Positions 7,136 to 16,455 of a stretch of 64,000 nucleotides of DNA are shown here, piece after piece. The notes under the pieces are model-generated. The model searched no databases, had not been told where the DNA came from, and saw only the letters and a program-made list of their open reading frames with translations. Source of the stretch: a virus; IMG/VR virus record IMGVR_UViG_3300020473_000017; one strand, given 5' to 3'. How positions within the stretch are numbered: the stretch's first letter is position 1; every line of letters starts with the position of its first letter. The position numbers and the translations under genes were made by a program.

Positions 7136-9309
7136 CATGCTATTCTCTCAATGAATGAAGATAAGATCTTCTTATTCATAGCCTTAGACTTAAGTGACTT
7201 AGCAAATGCTCTCTTAATCTGGGTCTTATTTGCATCCTCTGCAACTTCAAACTCAGTATCAGCATCAAGGGCACCAACATGAAGTGCATACTGTACTGTG
7301 TAATAAGAACTAGTGCATATGAAAGATCTTGTTTTCTTCCACTCAGAATCTGCTCTTTCCCATGCATCATAATCATAACCTAAGCACTGACGCTTAAACA
7401 TTCTCCAATCATTCTTACCAATAAGACGGATGTTCATAAACTCACACTCAGGGAAACGAGTTCTAAGTTGTTCAACGAATGTTCCAGTCATATCACGAGA
7501 ACAAGTGAACTTATGAGTATGACCAGTCTGACGATCACGCAAAACATCATTTATAGAAACATGACCATTGATTATCATTTCACCATCTTCATGGTACTTC
7601 TTAACTCTCTTAGCATAACCAATAGGATATCCTTCACCATCAGTTAAGTTAATAACATGAAGCTTCTGAACACCTGTTCTCTTTTTGAACTGAGGAATGA
7701 TTTCATTCATAGCAACCATTGCTTCATTCAATGGAGTTCCACCCAATGAGAATTGATGTGGTGCACCTGCATTATAACCATGGAATGCATTTACTACACG
7801 GAATAAATTCTTTGCCTGTCGTTCATGCTGACGATTGTTACTTTTACTAGTTAAAACATTAACCATATTGAAGTTTCTGCAAAGAACCTTACCCTCAAGT
7901 CCCCAGTCCTGATCTACATAACTCTCTTGCCTTTGATATGAATCACTGAAGAGATAAACATCATAAGCAATTCCAACCTTACGGCAGAATGATACTAATG
8001 TAAGTACCTGCTTCATAGTTGCTTCAATACATTGATGCATTGAACCTGACCAATCTATATTAAAGATCAATCCATGGTTCTTTGCATCAGCAACAGTACT
8101 TACTTTTCTGAAAAGATCTTCGTTATATTTGTAAGTGTGAAGCTTCGTTGTATCGAGAACCCCAGTGCGATTAACAGTAGTACGAGCATAACCGTCAGCT
8201 GCTTTCTTACACTCAAACTCCTTAACCAAGTAATTGACTTCCTTAGTGTTTGAGGATTTGAACTTTCTGTAACTTTCATCAATGTCCTTCAAATTTCTTG
8301 TGTACTGTCTAGCGAGAATCAACTCATAGTCATCAGAATAATCCTGCTGGTTCACAAGACCTTCTTTTGCACTATAGAAACTATCTAGTATTTGATATGT
8401 TTCATCAAATGGTACAATAGAATTTGTTGTCTTAGGAAGTTCAATATAAGTAATCTCATCCCCACTCCTATCAGTTATATTTCTTAATGCTTTATCAAGA
8501 CTATCAACAGTACGACACTTAACTTCAGTCTCTACTGGTGATCCATCATTACGACCTGCTTCACCATCACCAGAACCACCTTGCTTACCTTCCTGCTGTT
8601 CAAGATGATCTTCAAGATGTTCTTCTACTTCATTCTTTGCTTCTGGTTGTGCTGGTGCTGGTATTGGTGCTTCAGATTTCTCCTCTTGTTCACCTTGACC
8701 TTGACCTTCACCACCCTCTAAAGGTAACTCTTGCTGAACACCCTTTGCTTCTGCTTCTTCCTTCTGCTTCTTTTCCAATTCTTGCTGACAATATGCATGG
8801 ATTTCTCTAGCAAGATCACATGCCTGTTCAAAAGTTTCTATCTTATTTGCCTTATCAATATATACTTGCTCTCCTTCTTGGAAAGGAATATCAGTATAAT
8901 TACCAATCTTAAATTCTAAATTTATTCTATCTCCAAGATTAAGATCACAAAGATTAACACCATCAAGTTGAAAGAAATCCTCATCATGAAGAACCTTGTA
9001 TCCATTATAGAATGTCTTAGGGATACCAGCGTACCTACGCTTCATTAACTTCTCAATTCTTACATCCTCTGTGATGTTAATAAAATGATGAGGAACATCT
9101 TTTGGGGGATCCTCATTAGGAGTAAAGAGAGCATGACCAACCTCATGAGCAATGAGAGAATCAATTACAGTAGCCTCAGCGTGCTTCCATATTGGAAGGG
9201 TCAGTACTCTACGCTCTACATCAAACTGTGCAGTTTCAACCTGACGATGTTCTACAATCAGATCTTCCTGAGCAAGAAGTTTAGCAAGTGATTCTTTTAC
9301 GAGGTTCAT
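7135..9309 (-). CDS. CobT-like protein: N-terminal HEXXH metallopeptidase-like domain, acidic linker, vWA domain
   Basis: AHEVGHAL, NITEDVRIEK, Glu/Gln/Gly-rich linker, MIDAS IDWSGSM, GGTPL, LTDGE; start set at MNLVKES. Confidence 0.85.
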   Translation of the reverse strand: MNLVKESLAKLLAQEDLIVEHRQVETAQFDVERRVLTLPIWKHAEATVIDSLIAHEVGHALFTPNEDPPKDVPHHFINITEDVRIEKLMKRRYAGIPKTFYNGYKVLHDEDFFQLDGVNLCDLNLGDRINLEFKIGNYTDIPFQEGEQVYIDKANKIETFEQACDLAREIHAYCQQELEKKQKEEAEAKGVQQELPLEGGEGQGQGEQEEKSEAPIPAPAQPEAKNEVEEHLEDHLEQQEGKQGGSGDGEAGRNDGSPVETEVKCRTVDSLDKALRNITDRSGDEITYIELPKTTNSIVPFDETYQILDSFYSAKEGLVNQQDYSDDYELILARQYTRNLKDIDESYRKFKSSNTKEVNYLVKEFECKKAADGYARTTVNRTGVLDTTKLHTYKYNEDLFRKVSTVADAKNHGLIFNIDWSGSMHQCIEATMKQVLTLVSFCRKVGIAYDVYLFSDSYQRQESYVDQDWGLEGKVLCRNFNMVNVLTSKSNNRQHERQAKNLFRVVNAFHGYNAGAPHQFSLGGTPLNEAMVAMNEIIPQFKKRTGVQKLHVINLTDGEGYPIGYAKRVKKYHEDGEMIINGHVSINDVLRDRQTGHTHKFTCSRDMTGTFVEQLRTRFPECEFMNIRLIGKNDWRMFKRQCLGYDYDAWERADSEWKKTRSFICTSSYYTVQYALHVGALDADTEFEVAEDANKTQIKRAFAKSLKSKAMNKKILSSFIERIA

Positions 9310-9478
9310 TGGGTTCCTTATGTATGTACACATTATAAGACCCCTTCCGTGGGGAAGAGGTCTTGAGTAGACACTTTATCAACTGGTTGCGTCTAGCTCT
9401 CGCTTGCCGCAACGCTTGGGGTTTTAGTTTTCGTTTGGCATCCTTCTTTGAGTGATGCTGCCAATTCGGAACTTTCAT
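9281..9478 (-). CDS. Conserved basic cyanophage hypothetical protein
   Basis: PNWQHHSKK..KRKLKPQALRQARAR motif typical of T4-like cyanophages. Confidence 0.7.
   Translation of the reverse strand: MKVPNWQHHSKKDAKRKLKPQALRQARARRNQLIKCLLKTSSPRKGSYNVYIHKEPNEPRKRITC
9320..9388 (-). promoter_or_regulatory. Stem-loop promoter element upstream of the vWA gene
   Basis: CCAGTTgataAAGTGTC, hairpin AAGACCTCTTCC-CCAC-GGAAGGGGTCTT, TATAAT, then GTACATACA; parallels the element at 5855-5925. Confidence 0.55.
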
Positions 9479-9581
9479 TGAGTTTCTCCAATGCGGTTAG
9501 CAGGTCAGGTGTTTCCTCCCACGACCATTCTTGGTTGTGCTGAGGGTTCTTCTTCTCGATTACATGTGTCCTTGTGGTCAT
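9393..9581 (-). CDS. Hypothetical protein
   Basis: MTTRTHVIEKKNPQHNQEWSWEETP; start set at ATG 9581. Confidence 0.6.
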   Translation of the reverse strand: MTTRTHVIEKKNPQHNQEWSWEETPDLLTALEKLNESSELAASLKEGCQTKTKTPSVAASES

Positions 9582-9592
9582 AGGGTACGAGC

Positions 9593-9633
9593 AATTACAT
9601 ACCATAATACACCACCTGTCAACAGTGTGTCAA
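9593..9633 (-). promoter_or_regulatory. Sigma70-type promoter with tandem TTGACA boxes
   Basis: TTGACAcactgTTGACA followed by TATATG/TGTAAT candidate -10 boxes. Confidence 0.45.
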
Positions 9634-9657
9634 GTAGCACCAGAGAAATATTTATTA

Positions 9658-9954
9658 TCATGTCTGACCTGCTGGTGTTTTAGGTGGACATTCTAGATGA
9701 ACTGTCCCTGTGATAGGTTGATGCAGATGCTCTAGAACATGTTCTAGTTTAGCATTGATCTCATCCAACTTTGCTTGTATCTCATCATGATCGTGACTAC
9801 CTGTATTAATAGTAATGTCACCTGTTGGTACAGTGGTTGTTTCTGGATACAATCCAGGACCACCATCAGATATATCAATACCAGGAATTGCTGATCCTGT
9901 ACCTGAACCTCCGTTTGGAACGAAGTTTCCGTCTATGCCGCCTGAATATGTCAT
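9658..9954 (-). CDS. Hypothetical Gly/Pro-rich protein with short His-rich coiled coil
   Basis: 98-aa ORF preceded by a late-promoter motif ATAAATA (9982-9976). Confidence 0.65.
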   Translation of the reverse strand: MTYSGGIDGNFVPNGGSGTGSAIPGIDISDGGPGLYPETTTVPTGDITINTGSHDHDEIQAKLDEINAKLEHVLEHLHQPITGTVHLECPPKTPAGQT

Positions 9955-9978
9955 ATGTTTAAAGGGTTTGGTGAATAT

Positions 9979-11694
9979 TTATTCTTCCTTAGTAATTACA
10001 GAGAAGTTTTGTTTCTTTTCTACAACTAAAGTGGAAGCAAATTTATCTTGAAGTGATTCTGTCTTATGGGATATAACAAATACATTAGTATTGTCAGAGA
10101 CAGTATGTAAGATCTTCAAAAAGTCATCAGTACCTGATACATCAAGACTACTATCAAAGATCTCATCCAGTATCAATAGATTAGTATTGGCACTGTTCTT
10201 CATCTTAGCAATAGTTCTCCATGTAAACAGGAGTGCCAGATCAATTCTCATCTTCTCTCCTTCAGAGAAGGATGCATATGAAAACTCATCCCTGAACCTT
10301 GACTTGATAGTCTCCTCAAAATTCTCATCAAGATCAAAAGAAACATAGAAATCTAGTTCCTTAAGATACCTATTAATCAATTGATTCATAACAGGTAAAA
10401 ACTTTTTAATGATAACTGATTTGATACCAGTATCACGTAACATGTTTGTTACAGTATCATAGTTATCACGGGTCTTTCTATTAGTGGATAATTCATTCTC
10501 CACTTTCATACCAACACTTGCTAACTCTTGTAACTTCTCCTTCTCTCTACTAAGGTTATTAGTGTCAGCAGAATTTATCTTATCCTCTATCTTTTTAATC
10601 TCTTTCTTCTTCCACTGTATCTCCTTATTACAAGCACTGATCTTCTGTTGTACTTGCATAAGATCTGATAATACAATCTGCTTATCAGATACTTGTTGGA
10701 GAATACTTTCTAATTTTTTCTGTAATGTAATTGATGCCTTATCAATCTCATCTATAGACGCAGTAATTTCAGCTTTCTTATCAGCTCTAACGTCTTCGGT
10801 GATGATGGACTTGCAAGTCGGACAACTATCATTCTTATCAAAAAACTTAAACTCTTTTTTGAATGCTTTCTTCTTATCAACAAACCTCGATTCATATAAA
10901 CGAAGTTGTGCCAATTCATCTTCTACATTCCCATAACTATCTAGGCTCTTATCATGAGATGCAGAAACCTCCAATCCTTCTGCAACATCAGTCATAAGAA
11001 AAGTTATTTCATCCTCTAATGATTCTATATCTTTTTTACGTCTAGCATTATTTGCAGATGATTGTTCTTTAAGATCAGAAATAAACCTTTGCTGCATCTC
11101 AACCTTCTGCTTTACCAATTCATATTGATAATCACATTCCCTAAGAGTTTCTTTAACTCCTTTAACCTTTTCTTTAAGAAGAGTATTCATGGTAGAGAAG
11201 ATACGAATATCTAAAAGATCTTCAATAACTTCTCTACGGTTAGGGGGTGTAAGTTGCATGAATGGAACAAAGCATGATGATCCTAAGATCACCACCTGAG
11301 TAAATGATTTATAATTCAACCTCAGTACACTTTGCTCCAGATGTTTTTGCTGCTCTTGTGCAGATGCTTCTTGATTAAGCATCTCACCATTAAGATAGAT
11401 TTCAAACACATTAGGCTTTGCACCTCTGCGTATCATATAGTCACGAGAACCAATACTAAATTCTATCTCAACAAGCAGATCCCTCTCGTTGACAGCATTG
11501 ACCAATTGGCCTTTTGTTATCTTACGAAAGGGTTTGTTGAACAAAGCAAAGCACATGGCATCCAAGAATGTGGATTTACCAGCACCGTTTGTACCAACTA
11601 TCAGGGTAGCAGGACTTGCATCAAGTCTTATCTCACTAAAAACATTACCAGTTGAAAGAAAATTCTTCCATCTGACAGACTTAAAAAGAATCAT
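9979..11694 (-). CDS. gp46: Recombination endonuclease subunit gp46 (Rad50/SbcC-like ATPase)
   Basis: WKNFLSTGN, GTNGAGKST, zinc hook CPTC, FSEGEKMRIDLAL, LILDEIFDSSLD. Confidence 0.97.
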   Translation of the reverse strand: MILFKSVRWKNFLSTGNVFSEIRLDASPATLIVGTNGAGKSTFLDAMCFALFNKPFRKITKGQLVNAVNERDLLVEIEFSIGSRDYMIRRGAKPNVFEIYLNGEMLNQEASAQEQQKHLEQSVLRLNYKSFTQVVILGSSCFVPFMQLTPPNRREVIEDLLDIRIFSTMNTLLKEKVKGVKETLRECDYQYELVKQKVEMQQRFISDLKEQSSANNARRKKDIESLEDEITFLMTDVAEGLEVSASHDKSLDSYGNVEDELAQLRLYESRFVDKKKAFKKEFKFFDKNDSCPTCKSIITEDVRADKKAEITASIDEIDKASITLQKKLESILQQVSDKQIVLSDLMQVQQKISACNKEIQWKKKEIKKIEDKINSADTNNLSREKEKLQELASVGMKVENELSTNRKTRDNYDTVTNMLRDTGIKSVIIKKFLPVMNQLINRYLKELDFYVSFDLDENFEETIKSRFRDEFSYASFSEGEKMRIDLALLFTWRTIAKMKNSANTNLLILDEIFDSSLDVSGTDDFLKILHTVSDNTNVFVISHKTESLQDKFASTLVVEKKQNFSVITKEE

Positions 11695-11704
11695 TCGACA
11701 AAAA

Positions 11705-11962
11705 CTATTCTCTAGGCGGTACTACTATATCATCAGGAGTGACAACATAATATTCATGACCGTGTGTTACGCAAGCATGGATGATCTCTCGATCGTCAAC
11801 CTCTACCACTGACATGTCTGGAAAGTCATCAGCTTCCAGAAGTCCAGCATAGCGTATTGCGTCGTCTTTGTCAAGGAACATATATACTAATTGCTTTCCT
11901 TGATTGCCATTGACTGCATAAGCACCTTCATTCTCTTTTCCTTTTATGGCTAGAATGTGCAT
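11705..11962 (-). CDS. Conserved cyanophage hypothetical protein between gp47 and gp46
   Basis: EGAYAV, DDA.RYA.LLEA, TPDDIVVPP; conserved position. Confidence 0.75.
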   Translation of the reverse strand: MHILAIKGKENEGAYAVNGNQGKQLVYMFLDKDDAIRYAGLLEADDFPDMSVVEVDDREIIHACVTHGHEYYVVTPDDIVVPPRE

Positions 11963-13008
11963 TATACCATCTCCAACGCTTCAACATAAAGAGATTTTAA
12001 AATAGTTTTAAGTGCAGGTTTATCTGAGTGTTCCATATCATCCACATACCTTTCAAGTATGGTGAGAGTATCTTCTTTATCAATATCAATCTCTTCATTC
12101 AAGTCTTGCTCAAAGGAAGGATCCTCAATTATTTTAATATCATGTACACCAGCAGCGTATAGTTGACTGATAAAGAATTCAAATTTATCTGAATCAGTTT
12201 TCTTTTCTACTATAACTTTTATAAAGTTGTTAGTATACTTACCATAATCAAATCTAGTACTATTTAACTGTTCTTCATTGTAATATATCTTGCTATAAAT
12301 CTCATAGGGGTTCGGTATAAACTCCAAGTTCATAGAATTTGTATCAAATATATGGAACCCACGTTTAGAATTATAATCATTCCAATAGATTTGATAGGGA
12401 TTACCCAAGTATGTTATATTCTCTCTAGTACTTTTCTGATGATAATGTCCTGAGAATACCTTTTCAAATTTCTTATAAGGAGAAGTAGCATGGCCATGAT
12501 CCATGATATATCCTCTATGTGCTTCAAATCCATTGAGTTCTAAGTGACCCATTGCTATAGGGCAATCTGATTCTTCAATGAGAGCATAGGTCTTATCATT
12601 ATTCTCTGAGTTAATCCAAGGTATGAATAAGATAGGTAGTCCACCTATCATAACTTCAGTAGCCTCTTCATATATGTGTATATTATTATACTCGCTTAGT
12701 ACACTCTGAAGTGTATTGACTTTATTAGTATCTTTAAAATATGCTGTATGGTTTCCAACTAAAGAATGTATTGTGACACCCATCTCCTTTAACTTAGTAA
12801 AGTAATTATCTTTACCCCACTGAGCAGACCAAAGATCTAAATTCCTACGGTTGTCAAAGGTATCTCCAAGATCCAATACAATATCGATCCCGCGTTTTTT
12901 TAGGGTAGGAAAGAATACATTATCATAAAACTTCTTAAAGAACTCATGAAAGATACGACTAGACTTCCTAGCACCGAAGTGCTGGTCTGTTATTATTGCT
13001 ATCTTCAT
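11962..13008 (-). CDS. gp47: Recombination endonuclease subunit gp47 (Mre11/SbcD-like)
   Basis: ITDQHFG, LGDTFD, VGNH, GHLELNGF, FSGHYH, YLGNPY. Confidence 0.97.
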   Translation of the reverse strand: MKIAIITDQHFGARKSSRIFHEFFKKFYDNVFFPTLKKRGIDIVLDLGDTFDNRRNLDLWSAQWGKDNYFTKLKEMGVTIHSLVGNHTAYFKDTNKVNTLQSVLSEYNNIHIYEEATEVMIGGLPILFIPWINSENNDKTYALIEESDCPIAMGHLELNGFEAHRGYIMDHGHATSPYKKFEKVFSGHYHQKSTRENITYLGNPYQIYWNDYNSKRGFHIFDTNSMNLEFIPNPYEIYSKIYYNEEQLNSTRFDYGKYTNNFIKVIVEKKTDSDKFEFFISQLYAAGVHDIKIIEDPSFEQDLNEEIDIDKEDTLTILERYVDDMEHSDKPALKTILKSLYVEALEMV

Positions 13009-13376
13009 TTAATTCTTCTAGGTACTTTAATTGTCCATGCTGGTGATACTAGATCAACCATCTCAAATTGTTTCCTATTCTTTTCTATCTGATTAAGGTA
13101 TGCTTCACGTCCAGGTTCAGGTTGTATCTCACCATAATGAGTTTCTTTTATATCTAAGTATTCTAAAAGAGCATCATCTACCATCTGAAATAATGTATCC
13201 CATGTTAATGTATCTCTTAACTTGGATGCAATTCTATCAACATCATTCTCATCAAGATACTCACCTTTAGATACTTTCTCTGAATAATCATCATACTGTG
13301 TCAAGAGTTTTGCTCTTATCGTTACCAACTTATTAAGGTTGATAGTGATTTTAATGTCATCTTCAATTGCCATCAT
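13005..13376 (-). CDS. Hypothetical protein
   Basis: 123-aa ORF coupled by overlaps to both neighbours. Confidence 0.7.
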   Translation of the reverse strand: MMAIEDDIKITINLNKLVTIRAKLLTQYDDYSEKVSKGEYLDENDVDRIASKLRDTLTWDTLFQMVDDALLEYLDIKETHYGEIQPEPGREAYLNQIEKNRKQFEMVDLVSPAWTIKVPRRIK

Positions 13377-14026
13377 CTTGCACGAACTAATGGTGGTTTC
13401 TTACCTGTGATCTCCATACCAAAAAAGTTTAATGTTAGTCTTTCCTTAGTACCAAAAGTTTTAACTCCATGATGTGTCCTGTTGTTGAATAACACAAATC
13501 TATTATAGACGTTCTCTACAGAACATGTTTCAACATACTGTTTACTCATAGAATCAAAGGCTTCATTGTACTTATCTATATCAAGATCCTTACCAAGATA
13601 TAAATCCTCCTTCTGTTTCATCTCTTCTCTATACTGTAAAGAATATCCATTCTTAACCTTATAGATGGACGTACCCGAATTAGGACTTGGATCCTTTGAC
13701 AAGTATACTACACCACCAAACCATGTGTCAACATCTTGATGGATCCAACCTTGATTTCTCTTATCCCATTGGTCATCTCCAAATGGTTTTATCTTTTGAA
13801 AATGACATTGTAATTTCCAATACTCTGGTACTTCATCATGGAATAACCAATGAATTCTTTCACCAAAATAATCGAATAACCTAGGTGTCTCAAGATGAAG
13901 TTGCTTTGTTCTCTCGCCTGGCCAGTTTCCTATATCAGGCTTATACCACTTAAGAGACTGAGCTATCTTTACAACTTCATCTGGATCCTCAAAGAAATCA
14001 TCAACAATCGTAATAGGATATGTCAC
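13373..14026 (-). CDS. 2OG-Fe(II) oxygenase superfamily protein (DUF6445-like)
   Basis: IVDDFFEDPD, WPGERT, HxD (WIHQD), GVVYL, SGTSIY, YNRFVLF, distal H (HHGV), R (ERLT). Confidence 0.85.
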   Translation of the reverse strand: MTYPITIVDDFFEDPDEVVKIAQSLKWYKPDIGNWPGERTKQLHLETPRLFDYFGERIHWLFHDEVPEYWKLQCHFQKIKPFGDDQWDKRNQGWIHQDVDTWFGGVVYLSKDPSPNSGTSIYKVKNGYSLQYREEMKQKEDLYLGKDLDIDKYNEAFDSMSKQYVETCSVENVYNRFVLFNNRTHHGVKTFGTKERLTLNFFGMEITGKKPPLVRAR

Positions 14027-14496
14027 TTGATCTTGATTTCAACGTTCTCCTTAATTGTATTATAGTCTGAATGTCCTGTCTTGTCATCAGTGTGGAAGAC
14101 CTGATCATATCCTGACTTAGTTAGAATCTTATTCTTAATTTCTAACTGACGCTTCTCTTTCTGAATCCTTCTAAGGAATGCGTAGTATATAATCTGAGTA
14201 AAATATGCAAAGGGATTGTTTGACTTTGCTGGATTAAAATTCTGTATGTATTGTACACAATTCTCAATGCCATCACATATCATGTCCTCTCGGAACATGT
14301 AGTTGACAAAGTTTGGTTTGTATGATAAATGTGTAGCAATCTTTAAAAAACATTCCCCAATATAATTGCTGATGGGTGGTCGGGGTTCACCCGCTTCCTT
14401 CGCTTCAGCACATGCTTTTTTAAAAATAACAAGTGCCTCAAGGAATTCTTTGTTATTTACATAATGCTCACTAACTACTTTCTTTCTAACTGCCAT
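14023..14496 (-). CDS. gp55: Late-transcription sigma factor gp55
   Basis: HYVNNKEF, YIGECFLKIA.HLS.KPNF.NY, DGIENC, NPFAYFTQI.YYAFLRRIQKEK. Confidence 0.97.
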   Translation of the reverse strand: MAVRKKVVSEHYVNNKEFLEALVIFKKACAEAKEAGEPRPPISNYIGECFLKIATHLSYKPNFVNYMFREDMICDGIENCVQYIQNFNPAKSNNPFAYFTQIIYYAFLRRIQKEKRQLEIKNKILTKSGYDQVFHTDDKTGHSDYNTIKENVEIKIK

Positions 14497-14520
14497 ATAT
14501 TTGTATGGGTGAGTACATAT

Positions 14521-14549
14521 ATTTTATACAAAAATGATACAAAAGTCAA
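14521..14549 (-). promoter_or_regulatory. Sigma70-type promoter for gp55
   Basis: TTGACT(14549-14544)-N17-TAAAAT(14526-14521). Confidence 0.75.
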
Positions 14550-14556
14550 GGGGGGC

Positions 14557-14585
14557 TTGACAAACCGTAATTCCGTCTGTAGAAT
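14557..14585 (+). promoter_or_regulatory. Divergent antisense sigma70-type promoter
   Basis: TTGACA(14557-14562)-N17-TAGAAT(14580-14585), back to back with the gp55 promoter. Confidence 0.65.
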
Positions 14586-14609
14586 ATGAGTGTGCGAGTT
14601 CAGAAAGGG

Positions 14610-14984
14610 TTATATATTAAATAGCTTGTCTAGGTTAATACGAGCCTCTTCAACTGTAGCTATTCTACCTTTAGCATCTGTAATAGTATCACCATTAAGT
14701 CTTCTTAGAGACATTGCATAAAATATTTGAACTTCAGTATCTACTTCAACGATAGTAATAATTTTATCTTTAGGTATAATAAATTCTTCTTCTTTAGAAA
14801 ATTTCATCCACGGCGAAACCTTAGCACCTTGTGCTTTGTTGGGTAGAGTTACCTCTTCAATTTGGATGGGATTTTCTACTATTAGATAATCTCCGTTCTC
14901 ATCACGTACATGGGATACTACAGATAGAATCTCTTCCCCAGATACTAATTTTAATGCGGCGAGAAAGTCTGCTTTTTCTTCCAT
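14610..14984 (-). CDS. Conserved Sm-like-fold hypothetical protein (often mislabelled methylamine utilization protein)
   Basis: LKLVSGEEI, ENPI.I, PWM..S.EE.F.I; conserved position between uvsW and gp55; start set at MEEKADF. Confidence 0.75.
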   Translation of the reverse strand: MEEKADFLAALKLVSGEEILSVVSHVRDENGDYLIVENPIQIEEVTLPNKAQGAKVSPWMKFSKEEEFIIPKDKIITIVEVDTEVQIFYAMSLRRLNGDTITDAKGRIATVEEARINLDKLFNI

Positions 14985-14988
14985 TGTT

Positions 14989-16455
14989 TTATTTAATTCG
15001 GACATCAATAAATTCATAATCAAAATTTTCTTCATTGTATATCTTCACACGTTCAACAAGATGATTCAAGGTATAGTTTCTTTTAGATCCTTTAGAGATG
15101 TTATCTGCGATGTCGTACAGAACTGCTTTACGATTGTCTAAACCTCGTCTGAGGACTCTTCCAATGGATTGTAGATTTCTAATTCTGGACTTTGAGGGGC
15201 TTGCGAACACGACGTTGTTAAGATTCCTAATGTTGATACCAGTACTAAAAGTCCCATAGCTGGCAACAATGATAGAATCCTTTGTTGTTTCTGCAATCTC
15301 TCTTGCGTTTTCTCGATCTTCAACTTCTACTCCTCCATGGACTAAAAAAACCTGACGGTCTTTCCCTACCTTATTATTTATTAATTCAAATAAAGGCATA
15401 CCATGCCGTTCAACGTAGTTGAACAAGACGAGTGTGTTACCATCTAACTGAGAAACTAGGTTACGTATAAACTTATTCCTTCCTTCATGCTCTACAAGGT
15501 AATCCATTTCCTGTTGATATGAATCAAACTCTTTATCATCATGATTAAGGATTAAAACTTTGATTTCAAATTCAGAAAGGTGTCCTTCTTTAATTAACTT
15601 CTCTGTTCTAGTAACTTTATCAACAGTACCAAATACACCCTCTAATACCAGACGGTTCGTTTGTGTGCCGTCTAAGGTGCCTGTGAACCCCACACGGTAC
15701 TTACAATCGTAAAGCTTATTCATTATACTAGTCAGAGATTTTGCTTTAAAAAGATGAGCTTCATCTCCTATTATAGCACCAAATCTTTCAAAATAAACTT
15801 TAGGTAATTTGTATACTGATTGCCATGTAGTAATAATAACATCCTTATCTGATCTAGGATCAGTACCTGCATATACCTTATGACAATGGTGGTTTGAATC
15901 CCAACCATACTTTTGAAAATCTTTATACATCTGCTCAACGAGAGATGTAGTTGGAACAACTATTAGTGTTCTTATATTCTTTCTCTCCCAAAAACGTGCG
16001 AGAGCATATATCATTAAAGACTTACCAGAACCTGTAGGTGATAAGAGTAACTTTCGTTTATGTCTTAACGCTTCGTATATACCTTTGTACTGATAGTCTC
16101 TAACTTTAAACGGCAGGTTCAGTGATTTTACGAAGTCTCCGATCCCTTGGGGCGTAATGAACTCATCCACTTGCGATGGAAGTCCGTAAAATTCGTTGTC
16201 CCTATGGATGACTTCATACCCCCTTTGCTCGCAAAACGCAATAATATAAGGGAGAAGACCAACATAAATCTCGCCTGTACCTGGGGAGAATAATTTAATT
16301 TTCCCATCCCAAAACCTCTTCTTGTACGCTGACATGAACTTGGCTTGAGGCACTTCAAAAGTAAACTCGTCTGCTAGCTCGTGACCTACATGAGGTTCAC
16401 ATTCAATTGTTAGATAGACTTCGTTCTTCTTCTGTATAATAACATTAGATTTCAT
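14989..16455 (-). CDS. uvsW: SF2 DNA helicase UvsW
   Basis: WDGKIKLF, RDYQ, SPTGSGKS, DEAH, GFTGT, FSTGINI, QSIGRVLR. Confidence 0.97.
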   Translation of the reverse strand: MKSNVIIQKKNEVYLTIECEPHVGHELADEFTFEVPQAKFMSAYKKRFWDGKIKLFSPGTGEIYVGLLPYIIAFCEQRGYEVIHRDNEFYGLPSQVDEFITPQGIGDFVKSLNLPFKVRDYQYKGIYEALRHKRKLLLSPTGSGKSLMIYALARFWERKNIRTLIVVPTTSLVEQMYKDFQKYGWDSNHHCHKVYAGTDPRSDKDVIITTWQSVYKLPKVYFERFGAIIGDEAHLFKAKSLTSIMNKLYDCKYRVGFTGTLDGTQTNRLVLEGVFGTVDKVTRTEKLIKEGHLSEFEIKVLILNHDDKEFDSYQQEMDYLVEHEGRNKFIRNLVSQLDGNTLVLFNYVERHGMPLFELINNKVGKDRQVFLVHGGVEVEDRENAREIAETTKDSIIVASYGTFSTGINIRNLNNVVFASPSKSRIRNLQSIGRVLRRGLDNRKAVLYDIADNISKGSKRNYTLNHLVERVKIYNEENFDYEFIDVRIK

